Source: Takakia lepidozioides
Taxonomy: Eukaryota > Plantae > Bryophyta
Length of the DNA: 64,000 nucleotides
NCBI GenBank assembly: GCA_030704615.1
Contig: CM060732.1
Location: forward strand, 9,796,001 to 9,860,000
Direction of reading: 5' to 3'
The translations under genes and the position numbers were made by a program. Each line of letters opens with the position of its first letter. Positions within the stretch are counted from its first letter, which is position 1. The notes below the pieces were generated by a model. It made no database searches, was not told the DNA's origin, and saw only the letters and a list, made by a program, of their open reading frames with translations. Of the stretch, positions 25,761 to 37,955 are shown piece by piece.

Positions 25761-28090
25761 CTCGAAGGGTCAGGGAGTATGACTGGAGGGGAGGACTTGA
25801 TGAGGAACATGAAGCTACCCTGTTCCCTGCACACCAGAGTGGGAGCATGTTGCAGAGATGCAACTGGAAGGCCTAAGTTGTTTAAAAGGTATCTGCTGTG
25901 GTGTAGTGACGGCAACACCAATTGAGGGTGAAACAAGCAGTTACCCACCACATTTCTATGAAGAAAAAGAGGGAGAAATGGAAATCCTAGAGGAACCGGC
26001 CACTGTGAGTTTACAAAATGAAGTGGTGACTGGTTGGACAATCACAGCTGATGAGCAGGTGAGAGAAGTGAATGTGGGAACTGAAGGGGAACCGAGGATG
26101 GTGAAGGTATAGGCTGATTTGGAGCCATAATTCTTTGAGGAAACTAAGAGTCTGTTCATCAAATACAGAGATGTATTTGCTTAAAGCTACAAGGATCTGA
26201 GATCTGTCAGCATAAGATTGAACTGGAACCAGGGTCAGTACCAATCACACAGGCAAGGTACAGAATGAATCCCAACTATGCACAGAAGGTTGGAGAAGAG
26301 ATCAAGAAGTTGGCTGAGGCTAAGTTTATATACCCGATAGAGTATACAACTTGGTTGTCACCCATTGTGATAGTTCCCAAGAAGAATGGTAAACTGAGAG
26401 TTTGTGTGAACAATACGAAGTTGAATGCTTGTACGAAGAAAGATCCTTTCCCTTTGCCATTCACAAAAGCGGTATTGGACATTGTGGCAGGCCATGAGAT
26501 GTACTCATTCATGGATGGCTTCAGTGGTTATAATCAAGTGCAAGTGGCAGAAGAAGACCAGGGAAAGACAACTTTCATCTCCCAGACTGGGGTGCTTATG
26601 CATACAAAGTCATGCCTTTTGGACTTTGTAATGCACCAGCAACCTTTCAGAGAGTGATAAGTGAATCTTTTCATGAGTATCTGGATAATTTCATGCAGGT
26701 GTTCTTGGATGATTTCAGTGTGTACAGCTCTAAGAATGAGCACTTGCATAAATTGGAGTTATGTTTGGCCAGATGCAGGATGAGAGGTCTGGGCCTGAAT
26801 CCAGAGAAGTGTACTTTCTGTGTGAACTCAGGGGTGCTTTTGGGACACATTGTGTGTAAGAGGGGACTTCTTGTGGATCCCAGAAAGACAGAGGCCATTA
26901 AAGCCTCTCCACCACCAGTAAATGTTAAGAGTCTAAGGAGATTCCTTGGACAAACCAGTTATTACAGAAGATTTGTCAGACGATATGCACAGATAACAGC
27001 ACCATTGAGCAAGCTTCTGAAGAAAGATGCAGTGTTTGCATGGACAGCTGAATGTCAACAGGCTTTTGAGGAACTTACAATGTCAGTAACAACTACACCT
27101 GTGTTGATTAACCCTCACTGGCATGTAGTATTTCATGTTCACTGTGATGCCTCAGGAGAAGCGTTGGGAGCAGTGTTAGCCCAAAATGTTACAGGAAATA
27201 TAGATTCACCTGTGTACTATGCTAGCAGGTTGATGAACAGTGCTGAAAAGAACTATAGCACAACTGAAAGAGAAGCACTGGCAAAGATTTATGCAGTCAA
27301 GAAATTCAGGCATTACCTATTGGGAAGGAAGTTTATGTTTTATGTGGATCACCAGGCTCTGATATATCTGGTGAACAAACCTTTGATAAGTGGAAGGATA
27401 ACAAGGTGGTTAATATCTTGCACGAGTTTGAGTTCGAGGTTGTTTACAAGCCTAGTTGTTTGCATCTTGTGGCAGATCACTTGTCACGCCTATCAACAGG
27501 AGAGCCAGCCACAGGAGTAGACGACCAATTACCTGATGCGAGTTTATTTGCAGTGGAGGTGCAGGGAAGTGCAGATGACTGGTTAGATTGGCAGTGGCCA
27601 ATCAGATACTACCTTACTCATGGTCAGTGCCCACCTAGTTATGGAAAGGAGCAGAGGAAGAGAATCGCTATCAAGGCTTTACCTTATACTATGGTAGGGG
27701 GCAGAATGTATAAACTAGGACCTGATGGAGTACTTAAACGATGCTTGTACCACCATGAAGTAAATAAAGTTTTGGAGGAAGTTCATAAAGGAGTGGCTGG
27801 AGGTCATTTTGGAGAAGAGAGTACCTGTAGAAAGATATTACTTGCAGGTTACTGGTGGCCTACTTTGTTCAAGGATATACACAAGTATTGTAAGAGTTGT
27901 GATGAGTGTCAGAGGCTAGGACCATTGCAGAGATCTGGGAAGATGGCTTTGCATCCTACGATGCCTACTGAACCATTTCAGAAATGGGGACTAGACTTTG
28001 TTGGACCAATTAACCCACCAGCCAAGAATACACAGAACAAGTATATAATCACAGCCACTGATTATACTACAAAGTGGGTGGAAGCTAAAG
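25761..28090 (+). pseudogene. Gypsy G1 pol (RT-RH-INT N-terminus), inverted relative to its own gag
   Basis: [56 protein letters not shown]. Confidence 0.93.
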
Positions 28091-28663
28091 GAGGTTTACT
28101 ATTTCATGAGCAGAAACCATGAGCCATGAGCCATGAGCCGCATGAGCCGCATGAGTGGTGAGCCGAAGTCTAAGACACGCGGATTTCATGAGCGGACTTA
28201 TCCAAATTTGGAAATGCGGCAGATTAAACAAGTATTAAAATAATAGTTTTTTTATTTGACCTTGCCATTTTTGGAAGTTCCAGATCTTGTAATGCGGTGA
28301 AGATATGTCGTCAGTAACAAGTCCGCTCATGGTTTTTTAGATCCGCTCATGGAAATGAGTGACCGTGCAACGAGAAATCCAGTATACCACGACAAAAGGA
28401 CGTCGCATACTGGCCTGTATAGAGTATTCCGCGGTTTTACATGCCTTAACATTGGAATGAAGCTGACCCTTTTGCCGCGATTGAACCAATAGACTCTGCA
28501 CCAATAGAGTCCGCACCAATAGAGTCTGTAGTACTTCACAATTCTGTCATCTTCGGGTATTCGGCGGGAAAGGTTTGCGACTCAACTGGGAAATGCGGTG
28601 CCGCATTAGGGTTCGCACATGCGAAATTTCTAGGCGGTTTGGTGTTGGCGAAGGCCGCATCTA
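28091..28663 (-). mobile_element. MULE-1 B-type end, displaced by an inversion
   Basis: GAGGTTTACTATTTCATGAG matches the reverse complement of the 42890 end; CATGAG repeats; AAATGCGGTGCCGCATT motif as at 25721. Confidence 0.8.
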
Positions 28664-31060
28664 GTCTTCTCGTAGCATGTAATCTACTAGATTTCTTAGT
28701 GGTGATTTGTATCTTGTGCTTCCCATCATGCACAGTTAGTAACAAGGAATTCCAGTCATAGAATACCCTGGCCTGTTTTAGCCACGGTCGACCCAGCAAT
28801 AAGGAGTAAGCTTCCATGACTTCATCCATTTTCAACACAGTTATTATGATCTTAAAGATCATCTTTTGAATCTGTATCTTAACTCCTCTTATCAATCCCA
28901 ATGGCTGAACACTTCTGTGATCTGCCATTGTTATTGTAAATGGGGCTGGTTTCATGTTACTTAGACCAAGCTTCTGCCTTAATTGGTCTGTCATGATATT
29001 CACTCCAGAGCCTCCATCTATCAGTACATCAGTTAGTTCTGTGCTTCCAATTCTCAATTGGATTACTGGCATAGAATCATCAAAGTCCATGATTGTTTCT
29101 CGCCCTTCCGACTTCACATTATAACTGGTCACCTTGCTGTTCAGGTCTGTGTTCCTTGTCACATGGGCAATCCGATTGATTGCTTGATACAGCCTGTGTC
29201 TACAATAAGGTGCCACAGCCAATAGCTGTCCAATGGTAATCTCCGCTTTGGACTGGCATATTACTTCAGCCAAAGTCCCTTCATTACTCTGCATTTTTGC
29301 AGCTTCTTTCTTCGCTTCATCCTCACTCACTTCCTCTTCTCTTTCAGGATCAGAGGAATCTGCCATAGGAATATCAGTACTCTTCTGCATTTCCCTTATG
29401 GTATCTGCCACTTCCTTGTGCAGTTCCTTCTCATCTCTCCAAGCCTCATCATCTTCAGGCACATCACTGCCATCTTCATTATCATCACCTTCCTCATCTA
29501 CTGGAGGTATTATTTTGGCTTTGCTTCTGGTTACTATCATTGTACTTACTTCTGGTACAACACATGGCCTAACCATGTGAGCTGCCACCACTAGCCCTTC
29601 ATTCACAGGAGCTCTCATCTCATTCTGGTGTCTGATCCAGAATGGACAGGCTGCCTTGCGATGTCCTGCCTGATTACAATAGTAACACAGTTCTTCCCTA
29701 TTAGGTCCTCGCCCTTGGTCTGTTCTGGGATTGTTTCTGTAATCCTGATTCCCTGGCTGGTAATTCCCCCTTGGATTACCCTGGTAGTTGCCTCTGGAAT
29801 TTCCTTGGTAATTCCCTCTTGGATTACCTCTCCCTTCCATGCCATTGTTATAACCACCAGGCCTACCATAGTGGTCCTGATCACTGTTTCTTCTTGGCTG
29901 GGGCTGCACTTGATGCACCCTTACTTGCCTAGGTTCTCTTGCTGTTGTCCTTCTGTTGTAGTAACAATTCTCAGTAGAATGGTTATCCATTTTACAGATA
30001 GTACAGTGTTTCTCCTTCATGTGGCATTCAGTGATGGTATGGCCTTCATTCTGGCATTTTGCACACCAAACACCCTTCCTCTAATGTGTTGCAGCCTCTG
30101 TGGTATACTTCTTCAAGATTTCTTCTAATCTTTTCTCATAGTTATCCCTCTTCAACTTTTCCTTTCTCTTGCTCTTCCTCTTAAGCTCTTGCTCTTCTTC
30201 CTCATCTGACCCATCCTCAGAGTCCTCATCATCCCTTTTCTCTCTCCTGAGCATTCCCAATTGCTCAATTCTGTTCGCTGTTTCAAATGCCTCCTTCACT
30301 GTATTATGGGGTAACATATCCACTTTCTTTTGCAACTCTGGTCTTAGTCCACTCACAAACCAAGTCTTCTGTAAACCTGGTGCTGGTACAGCAGCCAGCT
30401 TTTTCATCATCAATTCCATCTTTTCCATATACTCCTCAACAGTTTCATGCTTCTTTTGCTTTAACTGTTGTAAACTTCCATACACTTCATCCTCAGTTTT
30501 ACTTGTCCTGAACCTATTTCGGAATGCTGTATTCAAGCCATTCCAGGTTAGGAAATGATTAACAATGAATCTTGCATACCATTCACTTGTTTTTTTTATA
30601 AGTGAACAAGGAAACAGTCTCATCTTGGCATCATCGTCATTCTCATTGTTCACTATACACATGTGCTCAAATTGGCTAATGTGTACATCAGGATCCCCTT
30701 TTCCTGAATATATTGGAAAATGTGGTTTTGCCCGTGTTGGTTGTAACCCATCTATGGCCCTACCCCCTGCCCACTGACAGGTGCTGGCCCCCTTGCTGGT
30801 GCTGGTCCTTGAGGACCTGTGGTAGTTGTGGTGGAACTTCCACCAAGTGCTGGCCCCTGAGCACTCCCTGCTACTGGCCTCACTATATTCACAGTATTCC
30901 CAGCTCCAGTTGCACTACTTCCCACACTCCCTGTCCCCCCAGAGCCAGATCCAGACCGCCCGCCTGATCCCCCTGAGCCGACACCTTCGTTGGCCTGTGA
31001 TCCAAGTGCTCCACTTGATCCAGGTCCAACGGGTTGGGATGTCAGCAAGCATCAACACCC
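28664..31060 (-). pseudogene. Gypsy G1 gag-protease
   Basis: Retrotrans-gag region RLFPCSL..W, CTICKMDNHSTENC and CYYCNQAGHRKAAC knuckles, LIDGGSGVNI, LLGRPWL. Confidence 0.92.
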
Positions 31061-31283
31061 CTCTAGCTAAACGGTAGCGATGTGCTTCATGTGCGCCTTG
31101 ATGGCGAGCCGACGAAGTCCAGCTGCAAACGCCATGGCGGCCAGCTGAAGGGGCCCAACAGGCGGGCATGGCTGCCCTGTGTGGTGCATCCACACACACA
31201 CCCCCGCACAGCTGCTGGTGGGTGCTCTTGCAAACATCTCAGTCCACCCAACTGTGCCTCCCCAGCCTAGTGTTGGTTGCATT

Positions 31284-32480
31284 TCACTCATCTCGGTGCG
31301 ATTGCTGCAGAACACAGGCGCCTGATCTTTTGCTCGCGGATGATCTCGCACTTCCTGGATGAAAGCCCTGAACCTCAGCTGTTGGGTCTACTTCTTCATA
31401 CTCTTCATCTTCCAATTTCTTCTCCATGTTTTCATCTTCCAAGTTCTGCCCTTGGGTTTCTTCTTCTTCACTCATGTAACTCAATTGCAATGGTGTTGGA
31501 GAGTTTGAACTCTCCGTTGGCTCTGCCACATCCTCTCCTCTTTCTTCATCTTCTGTTTCAGAAACTGGAGTTCCTGCTTTTGGTGTTCCATGCCAACTCT
31601 TATCAAAAATTTCTGTCAAATCTTTTATCCAGGGATGTACCTCAGATCTTTCACCTCGTGGTTGATCTTCTTCCTGTACCAATTCCCTTAATCTTTCTTG
31701 CAAAGAAAAAGAAGGAGTGGCATCCAACTCTAGTTCTTCTGGTATGGGTGATATACTCTCTGATCTCAATGGTGTGAGAGGTCCAGATGATTCCCCAATG
31801 TCTATTCCTCTCTCCCAAAGGTATGGATAATTAGCTTTCAGATAACTTTCTCTTTTTGCTGAATATCTCTGGAGTCTAGCTTCTCTTTCATCACTCATGT
31901 CCCATGTCTTTCATTTCTTTAATGTGGCAATAACCAAAACTCTCTTCTGTAGTATCTCTCGTATATGCCTGGGTTTCTTTCAAGCTTCAATGCACCCTTG
32001 GCTATACTAGAAGTCTTCGTTACCATATAACCATATGGCAAACAAGTCTGAAAAGCTGTTCTTGGTGTGAGTTTGATCCACAGAATATCCTTTGGAATCC
32101 AATTCCTTACCAGTACAAGCTCCTCATGCATATGAGTATAAACATTCACCTTCCTTTCCTCCCAGCCTTCAAACTCTACTCGCTTAATGGATAGCAATGC
32201 TATCACATAAACCAGTGTTGTTAACCAATGTGCTCTTCCTCTACAGGCCACCTGATAAATCTTTATCACTCCTTTCTCCAGACCCCACTCAGGGTCAGCA
32301 TCATGCACTCTCTTAAGAATGTTTTCTTTACAACCGTCTGGCAATTCCAATAACCTCTGAAAGAATTGTTTAGACAATCTTTCCTTCTCAATTCCACAGG
32401 GAATTTGATTCACATCAAATTCTTTAATTCTCCAACCACCATGATCCCACCAGATGCCTGTCACATCTGGTTGTTCATGA
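31284..32480 (-). CDS. Extra ORFs between the PBS and gag of G1 (function unknown; the acidic one may be the gag N-terminus)
   Basis: Open frames 31919-32614 and 31284-31898 in element sense. Confidence 0.5.
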
Positions 32481-32486
32481 CCCAGT

Positions 32487-32504
32487 TCCCCAGTATGGTC
32501 GCCA
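32487..32504 (-). promoter_or_regulatory. PBS of G1, tRNA-Arg-like
   Basis: TGGCGACCATACTGGGGA two bases after the LTR-terminal CA. Confidence 0.75.
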
Positions 32505-32506
32505 AA

Positions 32507-33270
32507 TGTCGAGCGGCTTTTACTCACCCATCCCTTCGCTATCCGAGGTGGAAACTCCAAGATAGAAGAGTTGGATATCTCTAAGCACTCAGCCCGCTCA
32601 GAACAATCAGTCATGACCTGCAGCTAGTGTATCATGGTTGTGCTTCCTATTTGTATTCCTTCTTGCCTTCATGTTATCGATTTACCTTACCGTGTATACT
32701 GAAGCATCAGATTGCTTCAGTATCTACTAAGTTCCAATTAATCATGCATTCATTCCACAGCTTTTCTCGTGTCTCTCTACACAGTATGTTTGTATCGATT
32801 CAGTATCGGATTAAGATTAATCATGTATCATGCCTATGCCATGGTGTCTCTAATCTACCCTACTGTATAATTTTACAGCTTGCATGAATTAAGCCTCAAT
32901 CAAGTCATCATCTCCTCTTCACTGTTTCCGCTCTCCGTTACGTCTCCTCATTTCCTGAACAAGTCCCCCTCCTCAAGAAGTGATCCCCTTCCTGTTGCCG
33001 CTCTACCTAATCTACCCGCAAGCTGATCTAACCACCTAACTAACTAACCGTCACCCCTGAAGTAACACGTTCCCTCTGCAGATGTCATTCCCACACAGTC
33101 GTTCCCTGTCAATGATAACTATTCCCCATGTACTGTGACAGGCTGTGTCAAGCTGTGCCGAGCTGTGACTAACTGTGTAAAGCTGTGTCGGGCTGTGACT
33201 GGCTGTGCGAAGCTGTGTCGGCCTGTGTCAAACTGTGTCTGGTTGTGATAGACTGTGACGGGCTGTGTAA
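32507..33270 (-). repeat. G1 5' LTR (its TG start is displaced to 36199-36262)
   Basis: Adjacent to the PBS; homologous to 33764-34572 and 42891-42987; internal GCTGTGTC/GCTGTGAC short tandem repeats. Confidence 0.85.
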
Positions 33271-33763
33271 CCCCCCAGGATGGACTTTTCCATCCGGCGT
33301 CTCGTGGATGAGAACGGCTCGGGCGGAGGGAAGGCCACGTTGCGTCCTACTTCATCCGCTGGATAGAAATTCGGCGCCGTTTTTTCCATCCAACGGACGA
33401 CTGATGAAGTCTCGGGGGGAGGGTGGGCCTGTCGGCGCCTGTGGCCGACCTCCATACCTACGACATTTATTGGCGCAGTTGCGCATTAAATGTTCTCCGC
33501 CGTCGGTTTTGAACCGGATGTTCCACAAGGATTCCGCGCGTGCTTCCCGGATACGCCTTCGACACCTGATGTGACGCTTGGATGAAATTCCATTCGAGGC
33601 ATGTAGGCATGCATACCTCGGGAGATTTTTTCTTTTGCTGGGACTTATGCCGCGTGGAGAAGGGCGTGGCTTCTTAACCCTATTTCCGTGGACACACAAC
33701 GGTCCGTTCATGTTTTTTTTTTTTTCCGCTCATGCTCATGCCACTCATGAAATAGCAGTCCCC
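33271..33763 (-). mobile_element. MULE-2 A-type end, displaced by an inversion
   Basis: Inverted match to 21723-21810; reverse-oriented copy of the 96-bp unit; followed by TSD CGCTCAGAA. Confidence 0.85.
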
Positions 33764-34572
33764 CGCTCAGAACAATCAGTCATGACCTACAGCTAGTGTA
33801 TCATGGTAGTGCTTCCTGTTTGTATTCCTTCTTGCCTTCATATCAACAAGTTACTTTACTGTTTGTATTTCCACAGCTTCCCTCAGGTCTTTCTACACAA
33901 TGTGAGTATGGAATTTGTATCAGATAAGTTATATCAAGTAACAGGCCGAAGCCATGGTGTCTCTAATCTGCTCTACAGTATAACTCTATAGCTTTGCATG
34001 TATCAAGCATCTACAGATCCTCTCTCCTCCTTCACCGTGCTCTCCATCCTTGCTTCCGTAAGTGCTCACCGCCTGATCTCCTCTACTCCTGACCAAGAAG
34101 TACTCTCTCCCGAAGTGTCCTCCATGTTGCTGCTCTGCCTAATTTATCTGCAAGCTGTTCTAACCGCCTAACTAACTAACTGTCACCCAAGAAGTAAGCA
34201 CGTTCCCTCTGCAGATGTCGTTCCCACATAGTCGTTCCCTGCCAATGATAACCGTTCCTTATGTACGTTGTGACGGGCTGTGCCAAGCTGTGTTGGGCTG
34301 TGACTGTGCCGAGCTGTGACTGGCTGTGTCAGACTGTGTCGGGCTGTGACTGGCTGTGTGAAGCTGTGTCGAGCTATGATAGGCTGTGTCAGACTGTGAC
34401 AAGTTGTGTCAAGATGTGTCTAACTGTGTAATGCTGTGACTGTCTGCTTAAGCCTGTCTACCACCCCCAAGGCCTGTGCTAGTCCAAGTCTACCATCCGT
34501 AAGTCTGTGCAAAAATTAAGGGTACCCCACAAAACCCATAAAAGTGTGTACGTCCCAGACAGCCCTCTAACA
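33764..34572 (-). repeat. Gypsy G2 3' LTR, 5' portion
   Basis: PPT GAGAGGGGGAGGGG precedes TG at 34572 on the minus strand; related to the G1 LTR. Confidence 0.85.
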
Positions 34573-34679
34573 TTACCCCTCCCCCTCTCAAAAAGTCGTG
34601 TCCTCATGGTTTACTGTTTAGGATCACCAAACCTCTGTGAACGAGGACCTTTTTGTCGGTGAGAGTCCCGTGGAGGGCT

Positions 34680-36198
34680 CTATGTGCGAGCCCGAGCTCT
34701 GTCACTGGCTGATGGAGGCGACTGAGCACCAAATGGAAATGTCTGCCCTTCCTTTTGTTGATACAGAGGTAACTTCTCAGGCATAGGAGATCCCCGCCGT
34801 TTCTTCTCTGCCATTTGTAGTGCATAGTCCTCCGCCATGTCAAGAGATTCCTCCATAGAACCAGTAGTATCAGAATCATCTTCCCCCCTGTGGCCTTTCC
34901 GTGCCCGAACCTTAAGTGGCTTCTCAGGAATCCTGCGTGGCATACAGTGTTGGCCCACCAGGTCTGGAAGCTTAAACTGTACAACTTGCATCAATTGCTT
35001 GCGAGCAAAATTAGTATACTCCCGAAGCTCCTTGTCCGTATAGGTGAGAGGTGTGCCAATGACCTTAGAACAGTGTAAGTATTTCCAGGCTTCATGTCCC
35101 TTATAAAAAATATCGTCAAAGCCAAATTTTTCCTTGGCCAAACTGTCCAAAGCTAAATGGAACCAAGAACGAAGTTGGGGATCCTTCTGCAACATGACCT
35201 TCACATCATACAAATACGTATGGGATGGAACTAAAGGTAAAACCCAATGATCCCTAGTGGAATAACTCAGAAATCTTGACTGCATCTTCTGCTGCTCAAT
35301 GTGATAACGTGCAATGAAACAAGCAGCATAGTATAATCCACAGCCCATGACCAAACTAGGTACCTCCTTGGTCTTGGTGTAGATGTACCCATGAACAATC
35401 TGGAAGGCAATTAATTCCTTCAGCATGGTGCCTGCCTCAGACCAGTACCTTGCAAAATGGTGATCCTCAATGGGTCGGTCGTTCGGAAGAACCTTAGTCC
35501 GAGTTGCCACTGGCAACCAAATGCGCATGATTTGGTAATAGTGTGCCAAAGACTCTGGAGGACTGAATTCCTTCCAAGCCAAATCCATAACAATGGGAAT
35601 TTGGTTGAAGGGCATAATCATAGCCCGATTGTACTCAAGTGCAGCAGGAGTCTTAGGTGGGTTAAAAGCAGCATCCCCCCAGACCTCAGATTGCTGTAGT
35701 GCCATGGTATCAACGGCGTCGACCTATTGTGGTTGTTGTGACATTGGCACCACTGTCCCTCCTATTGTTGGCAAGTCCTGCACCTCCTATGACGAAGATT
35801 GGAAAATCAAAGTCCGTGCATGCAAATAAGCAGCCCCCGACTCTTCCTTAGGAACAAAAACTCTTTTATCAATGTCTATAGTGGTTGTGGCAATGTTCTG
35901 CACTTGCAGCCTGAGATCATTCATCTCCTCCTGGGAGAGCATCCTTGGTGCCTTCCCTTCTACCGGCCCTTGTGTTAACCACACTTGCATAAGATGATTA
36001 TCCACCAAGTCCTGTGTAGCACCCCTGAGACCCTGCTCCTCATTGAGTCTATATGTTTGCAACTGCTGCTGCAAACTCTCCATGCGCTTCGCATGAGGTT
36101 CAACCAGAGTTGTATAGGCAGCAGACAGATTATTGGCTTCCAAGCCTTGGTAGTCACAGAAAGCTCATTCTTTCGTGACGTGAGTGTTTGTTGCAACT
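34680..36198 (-). CDS. G2 extra 3' ORF: coiled-coil region plus unknown conserved domain
   Basis: ORFs 35787-36143 and 34680-35705 just upstream of the PPT; homologous to the G3 3' ORF. Confidence 0.7.
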
Positions 36199-36262
36199 TG
36201 TTAGAGGGCTGCTTGGGACTTAGACGCTTTTACGGGTTCTGTGGGGTACCCTTAATTTTTGC
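36199..36262 (+). repeat. Start of the G1 5' LTR
   Basis: TGTTAGAGGGCTG...GGGGTACCCTTAATTTTTGC, an inverted match to 34509-34572. Confidence 0.8.
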
Positions 36263-36444
36263 GTAATTCGGAGCGGGGCCGGATGGGAATCCTGCGCCGA
36301 ATTTCCAACCTGCAGGTAATTCGGAGCGAATTTCCATCCTGCAGGCCAAAAATTCCAAGTTTAGTGTGTAACCAGTCAAAAATACGCGAAAAACTTGATC
36401 CAACGACTAAAAATTGTTGAAGAAGGGCTGATACGGGCATCTGT

Positions 36445-37135
36445 GGATGGAAATTTGGGGCCATTTTTCCATCCGGGGGATGTTTTCTGTCGGCCATGTG
36501 TCGGGCTCTCCCCCCGAGACGACTTCATCCAACGGGCCTCGGATGGAAATTCAGTGCCGTTTTTCCATCCGGGGGATGTTCTCTGTCGGCCTCTCCCCCC
36601 GACACGACTTCATCCATCGGGCCTCGGATGGAAATTCGGTGCCGTTTTCCCATCCGGGGGATGTTCTCTGTCGGCCAGGTGTCGGCCTCTCCCCCGAGAC
36701 GACTTCATCCGTGCGCCCTCGGATGGAAATTCGGCGCCGTTTTTCCATCCGGGGGATCTTCTCTGTCGGCCAGGTGTCGGGCTCTCCCCCTGAGACGACT
36801 TCATCCAACGGGCCTCGGATGGAAATTCGGTGCCATTTTTCCATCCGGAGGACATTCTCTGTCGGCCAGGTGTCGGCCTCTCCCCTCGAGACGACTTCAT
36901 CCAACGGGCCTCGGATGGAAATTCGGCGCTGTTTTTCCATCCGGGGGATGTTCTCTGCCGGCCAGGTGTTGGCCTCTCCCCCCGAGACGACTTCATCCAT
37001 CGGGCCTCGGATGGAAATTCGGCGCCGTTTTTCCATCCGGGGGATATTCTCTGTCGGCCAGGTGACGGACTGACCCCCCGAGACGACTTCGTCCGACCGG
37101 CAAATTCGGCGTCGTTTTTCCATCCGGGTGATCTT
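36445..37135. repeat. Tandem array of about 7 x 96 bp with an internal hairpin
   Basis: Units start at 36445, 36541, 36626, 36721, 36817, 36913 and 37009; GGATGGAAA-TTCGGCGCCGT-TTTTCCATCC. Confidence 0.95.
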
Positions 37136-37385
37136 CCCTGGCAAGCACATGGGCCCGTCACCCTCCGATTGGACGTCCTGTCGAAGTAAATTCTGCACCT
37201 CATTCCTTGGTACGGTTATATTAAATGGTGCTCTTTTCCTTTGCCACTGCCCGACCTTTGTTCATGACCCACGTGTTTCAAACCGAGACAACAACAACAC
37301 TTCCTCACTCCTCACTCCTCATCTTCCCCACACTCCCCCTTCCCTGCGCACCCTCTCTGCTTCCTGGCAGCCCTTTCAGTAGTCC

Positions 37386-37955
37386 TTGATGGCGTGCCGG
37401 GATCCCATTAACTGCCCAAACAAGCATCGCACCCCATGGGACTTCTCGCCCAAGTCAGGGGATGTTTTCATATACCTGCAGGATTGGATAGACCACTCTC
37501 AGCAGAGGAGGGTGCACCTGTCCGCTCTTGAGTACCTTCCTAGCTTCCACGATCAGCCTCGTGGGGACGGGCTTGCGCGGCTTTGGTGCCTGCAAATCGT
37601 TGATCTGCAGTATCTACCTGCATGGAACATCCCCAAAAGCCGCATGGCCTTCCTACATCATTGGAGGTGCTGCCAGTGGGCCTACGAGGATTGCATCGGG
37701 TGTACGTACATGCCAGAGAGGATTCCATCGCAAACAGTGTATGGGGACATTCTCATAAGCTACGAGGATGAGTCCTATGGACACAGTCTCTCCACAGCAA
37801 AGATCTCGATTTACGATGGTGCATATATCGGAGGACATGACACCGTTGTCCACTACACCAAAGCAGAACGGGCTACATCCATTGTCTTCACCTACCGACA
37901 CCCTGTTAGTCATGAGCTTGTTGAGAGGCCAATGGAGGTTCCAACTTCTTGGTGA
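37386..37955 (+). CDS. Intact ~189-aa ORF inside MULE-2, function unknown (possibly BAH-like)
   Basis: Uninterrupted, non-repetitive ORF downstream of a TATA-like GTTATATTAAAT at ~37215. Confidence 0.55.
   Translation: MMACRDPINCPNKHRTPWDFSPKSGDVFIYLQDWIDHSQQRRVHLSALEYLPSFHDQPRGDGLARLWCLQIVDLQYLPAWNIPKSRMAFLHHWRCCQWAYEDCIGCTYMPERIPSQTVYGDILISYEDESYGHSLSTAKISIYDGAYIGGHDTVVHYTKAERATSIVFTYRHPVSHELVERPMEVPTSW

Noticed and set aside
21723-33763. A single element bounded by the two A-type ends (and 28091-42890 by the B-type ends)
   Set aside because: Neither pairing has a TSD; the 9-bp TSD links 33763 with 42890
36395-37203. Long ORFs in several frames, or a CRISPR-like reading of the 96-bp array
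   Set aside because: The units are near-identical along their whole length with no unique spacers or cas genes; the ORFs are by-products of a stop-poor repeat
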